Of a stretch of 20,000 nt of DNA, positions 18,928 to 20,000 are shown piece by piece. Both the position numbers and the translations under genes were made by a program. The notes under the pieces were generated by a model. It saw nothing but the letters and a program-made list of their open reading frames with translations. It was not told the DNA's origin and searched no databases. Positions within the stretch are counted from its first letter, which is position 1. Every line of letters begins with the position of its first letter. This DNA is from Neophaeotheca triangularis (lineage: Eukaryota): the NCBI GenBank assembly GCA_054600435.1, contig BAAIJX010000026.1, positions 301,830 through 321,829 of the forward strand. The letters are read 5' to 3'.

Positions 18928-19302
18928 GCTCTCCCATCGTATACGGCTCTCCCATTGTACACGGCTCTCCTATCGTACACGGCTCTCCTATCATACACAG
19001 CTCTCCCGTTATATATAGCTCTCCTATCGTATATAGCTCTCCCGTTATACATAGCTCTCCTATCGTACACGGCTCTCCTATCGTATACGGCTCTCCTATC
19101 GTACACGGCTCTCCTATTATACATAGCTCTCCTATCGTACACGGCTCTCCTATCGTATATAGCTCTCCTATCGTACATAGCTCTCCGATTATATACGGCT
19201 CTCCTATTATACATAGCTCTCCTATCGTACATAGCTCTCCGATTATATACGGCTCTCCTATTATACAATGCTCTCCGATTATACACAGCTCTCCCATCAT
19301 AC
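18928..19302. repeat. 18-bp minisatellite, about 21 copies (consensus GCTCTCCTATCGTACACG)
   Basis: GCTCTCC recurs exactly every 18 bp from 18928 to 19288. Variation is almost entirely C/T and G/A. A 54-bp higher-order duplication is present (19162-19215 vs 19216-19269). Confidence 0.98.
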
Positions 19303-19562
19303 CGCCTCAACGCATGCAACGTCTTTGCCGACAGGAGCTGGGGTTTAAGACCGCCGTGCTCTCTCTCTTGCTCGGAAATCTTTCAACTCAGCTTCCTCGT
19401 AAAATTCCAGGTGGGTAGTCTAAATGGACACGCCTCCCGTCCCCCAGATTGCGGGAAATCGTCCGTGAGCTAGCTCGGTCTGGTCTGGGAGGGTTTGGTT
19501 TTGGGCCCGATCACCTACCTCCCTAGCGGCTTGCAATGCTGGCTTGGATACTGAAGATCGGC

Positions 19563-19651
19563 TTCTTTCTTTCTTTTCTTTCTTTTCTTTCTAAGAGTAC
19601 TTTTCGGCTGCGGTTCGCTGTTTTTTCTTTTTTCTTTTTTTTCCTTTTTTC
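19563..19651. repeat. T/C-rich low-complexity tracts ((TTTC)/(TTTTC)n and poly-T runs)
   Basis: Read directly at 19563-19592 and 19621-19651. Confidence 0.75.
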
Positions 19652-20000
19652 GGTGAAAAAATATCGTTCGCTAGCGTGGTAGCTGCTGAAGTTAACCTTT
19701 GTCGTCGTGGCGGTTTTTGAGAGGGGTTGGGATGGAGTACAGAGCGTGCTGGGCGGCGGGGGGGGCCTTTTTGGCTGCTTTGATTGGGAGGCAGTAGAAT
19801 TGGCCCGGGGACTGCCGGTGGTATCTGGTCTGGTCTAGTCTAGCTGGCTGGCTGGGTGGGGAGTTCTTTGAGAGTCTTGTTGCTGCTGCGACGGACTGTC
19901 GAAAACGCTTGCGCTCTTGAAAGCTCGGCACGCTCCCCCCTCTCACACACACCATCCCCCACCCCCCACTGCCCCCCCCCCCCCCCGCCGCCTCGGACAT

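Noticed and set aside
19692..20000. Minus-strand 102-aa ORF at the window edge
   Set aside because: Low complexity driven by homopolymer runs, with no supporting motif.

Overview
Fungal (filamentous ascomycete; Dothideomycetes-like by protein appearance) genomic DNA in two parts. The right part (about 8.2-18.6 kb) is a core-gene block: an intronless Spa2 polarisome scaffold on the minus strand, divergent from a GIG1/DUF3605 gene, then HMG-CoA reductase on the plus strand with one 59-nt intron. A 21-copy 18-bp minisatellite follows it. The left part (about 1-7.8 kb) has no intact recognisable gene. It holds a broken RlpA-like (DPBB/Asp f 7-type) secreted-protein relic with an 85-bp x3 repeat, a 54-bp inverted repeat with a 14-bp flanking duplication, and several intron-bearing gene relics. 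The most unusual element is a six-unit array (171-186 bp period, 4089-5031). Its conserved core is a hairpin whose stem stays paired through G-U and covarying changes, while frame-breaking indels fall in the loop. No database searches were possible, so all family calls come from motif recognition.
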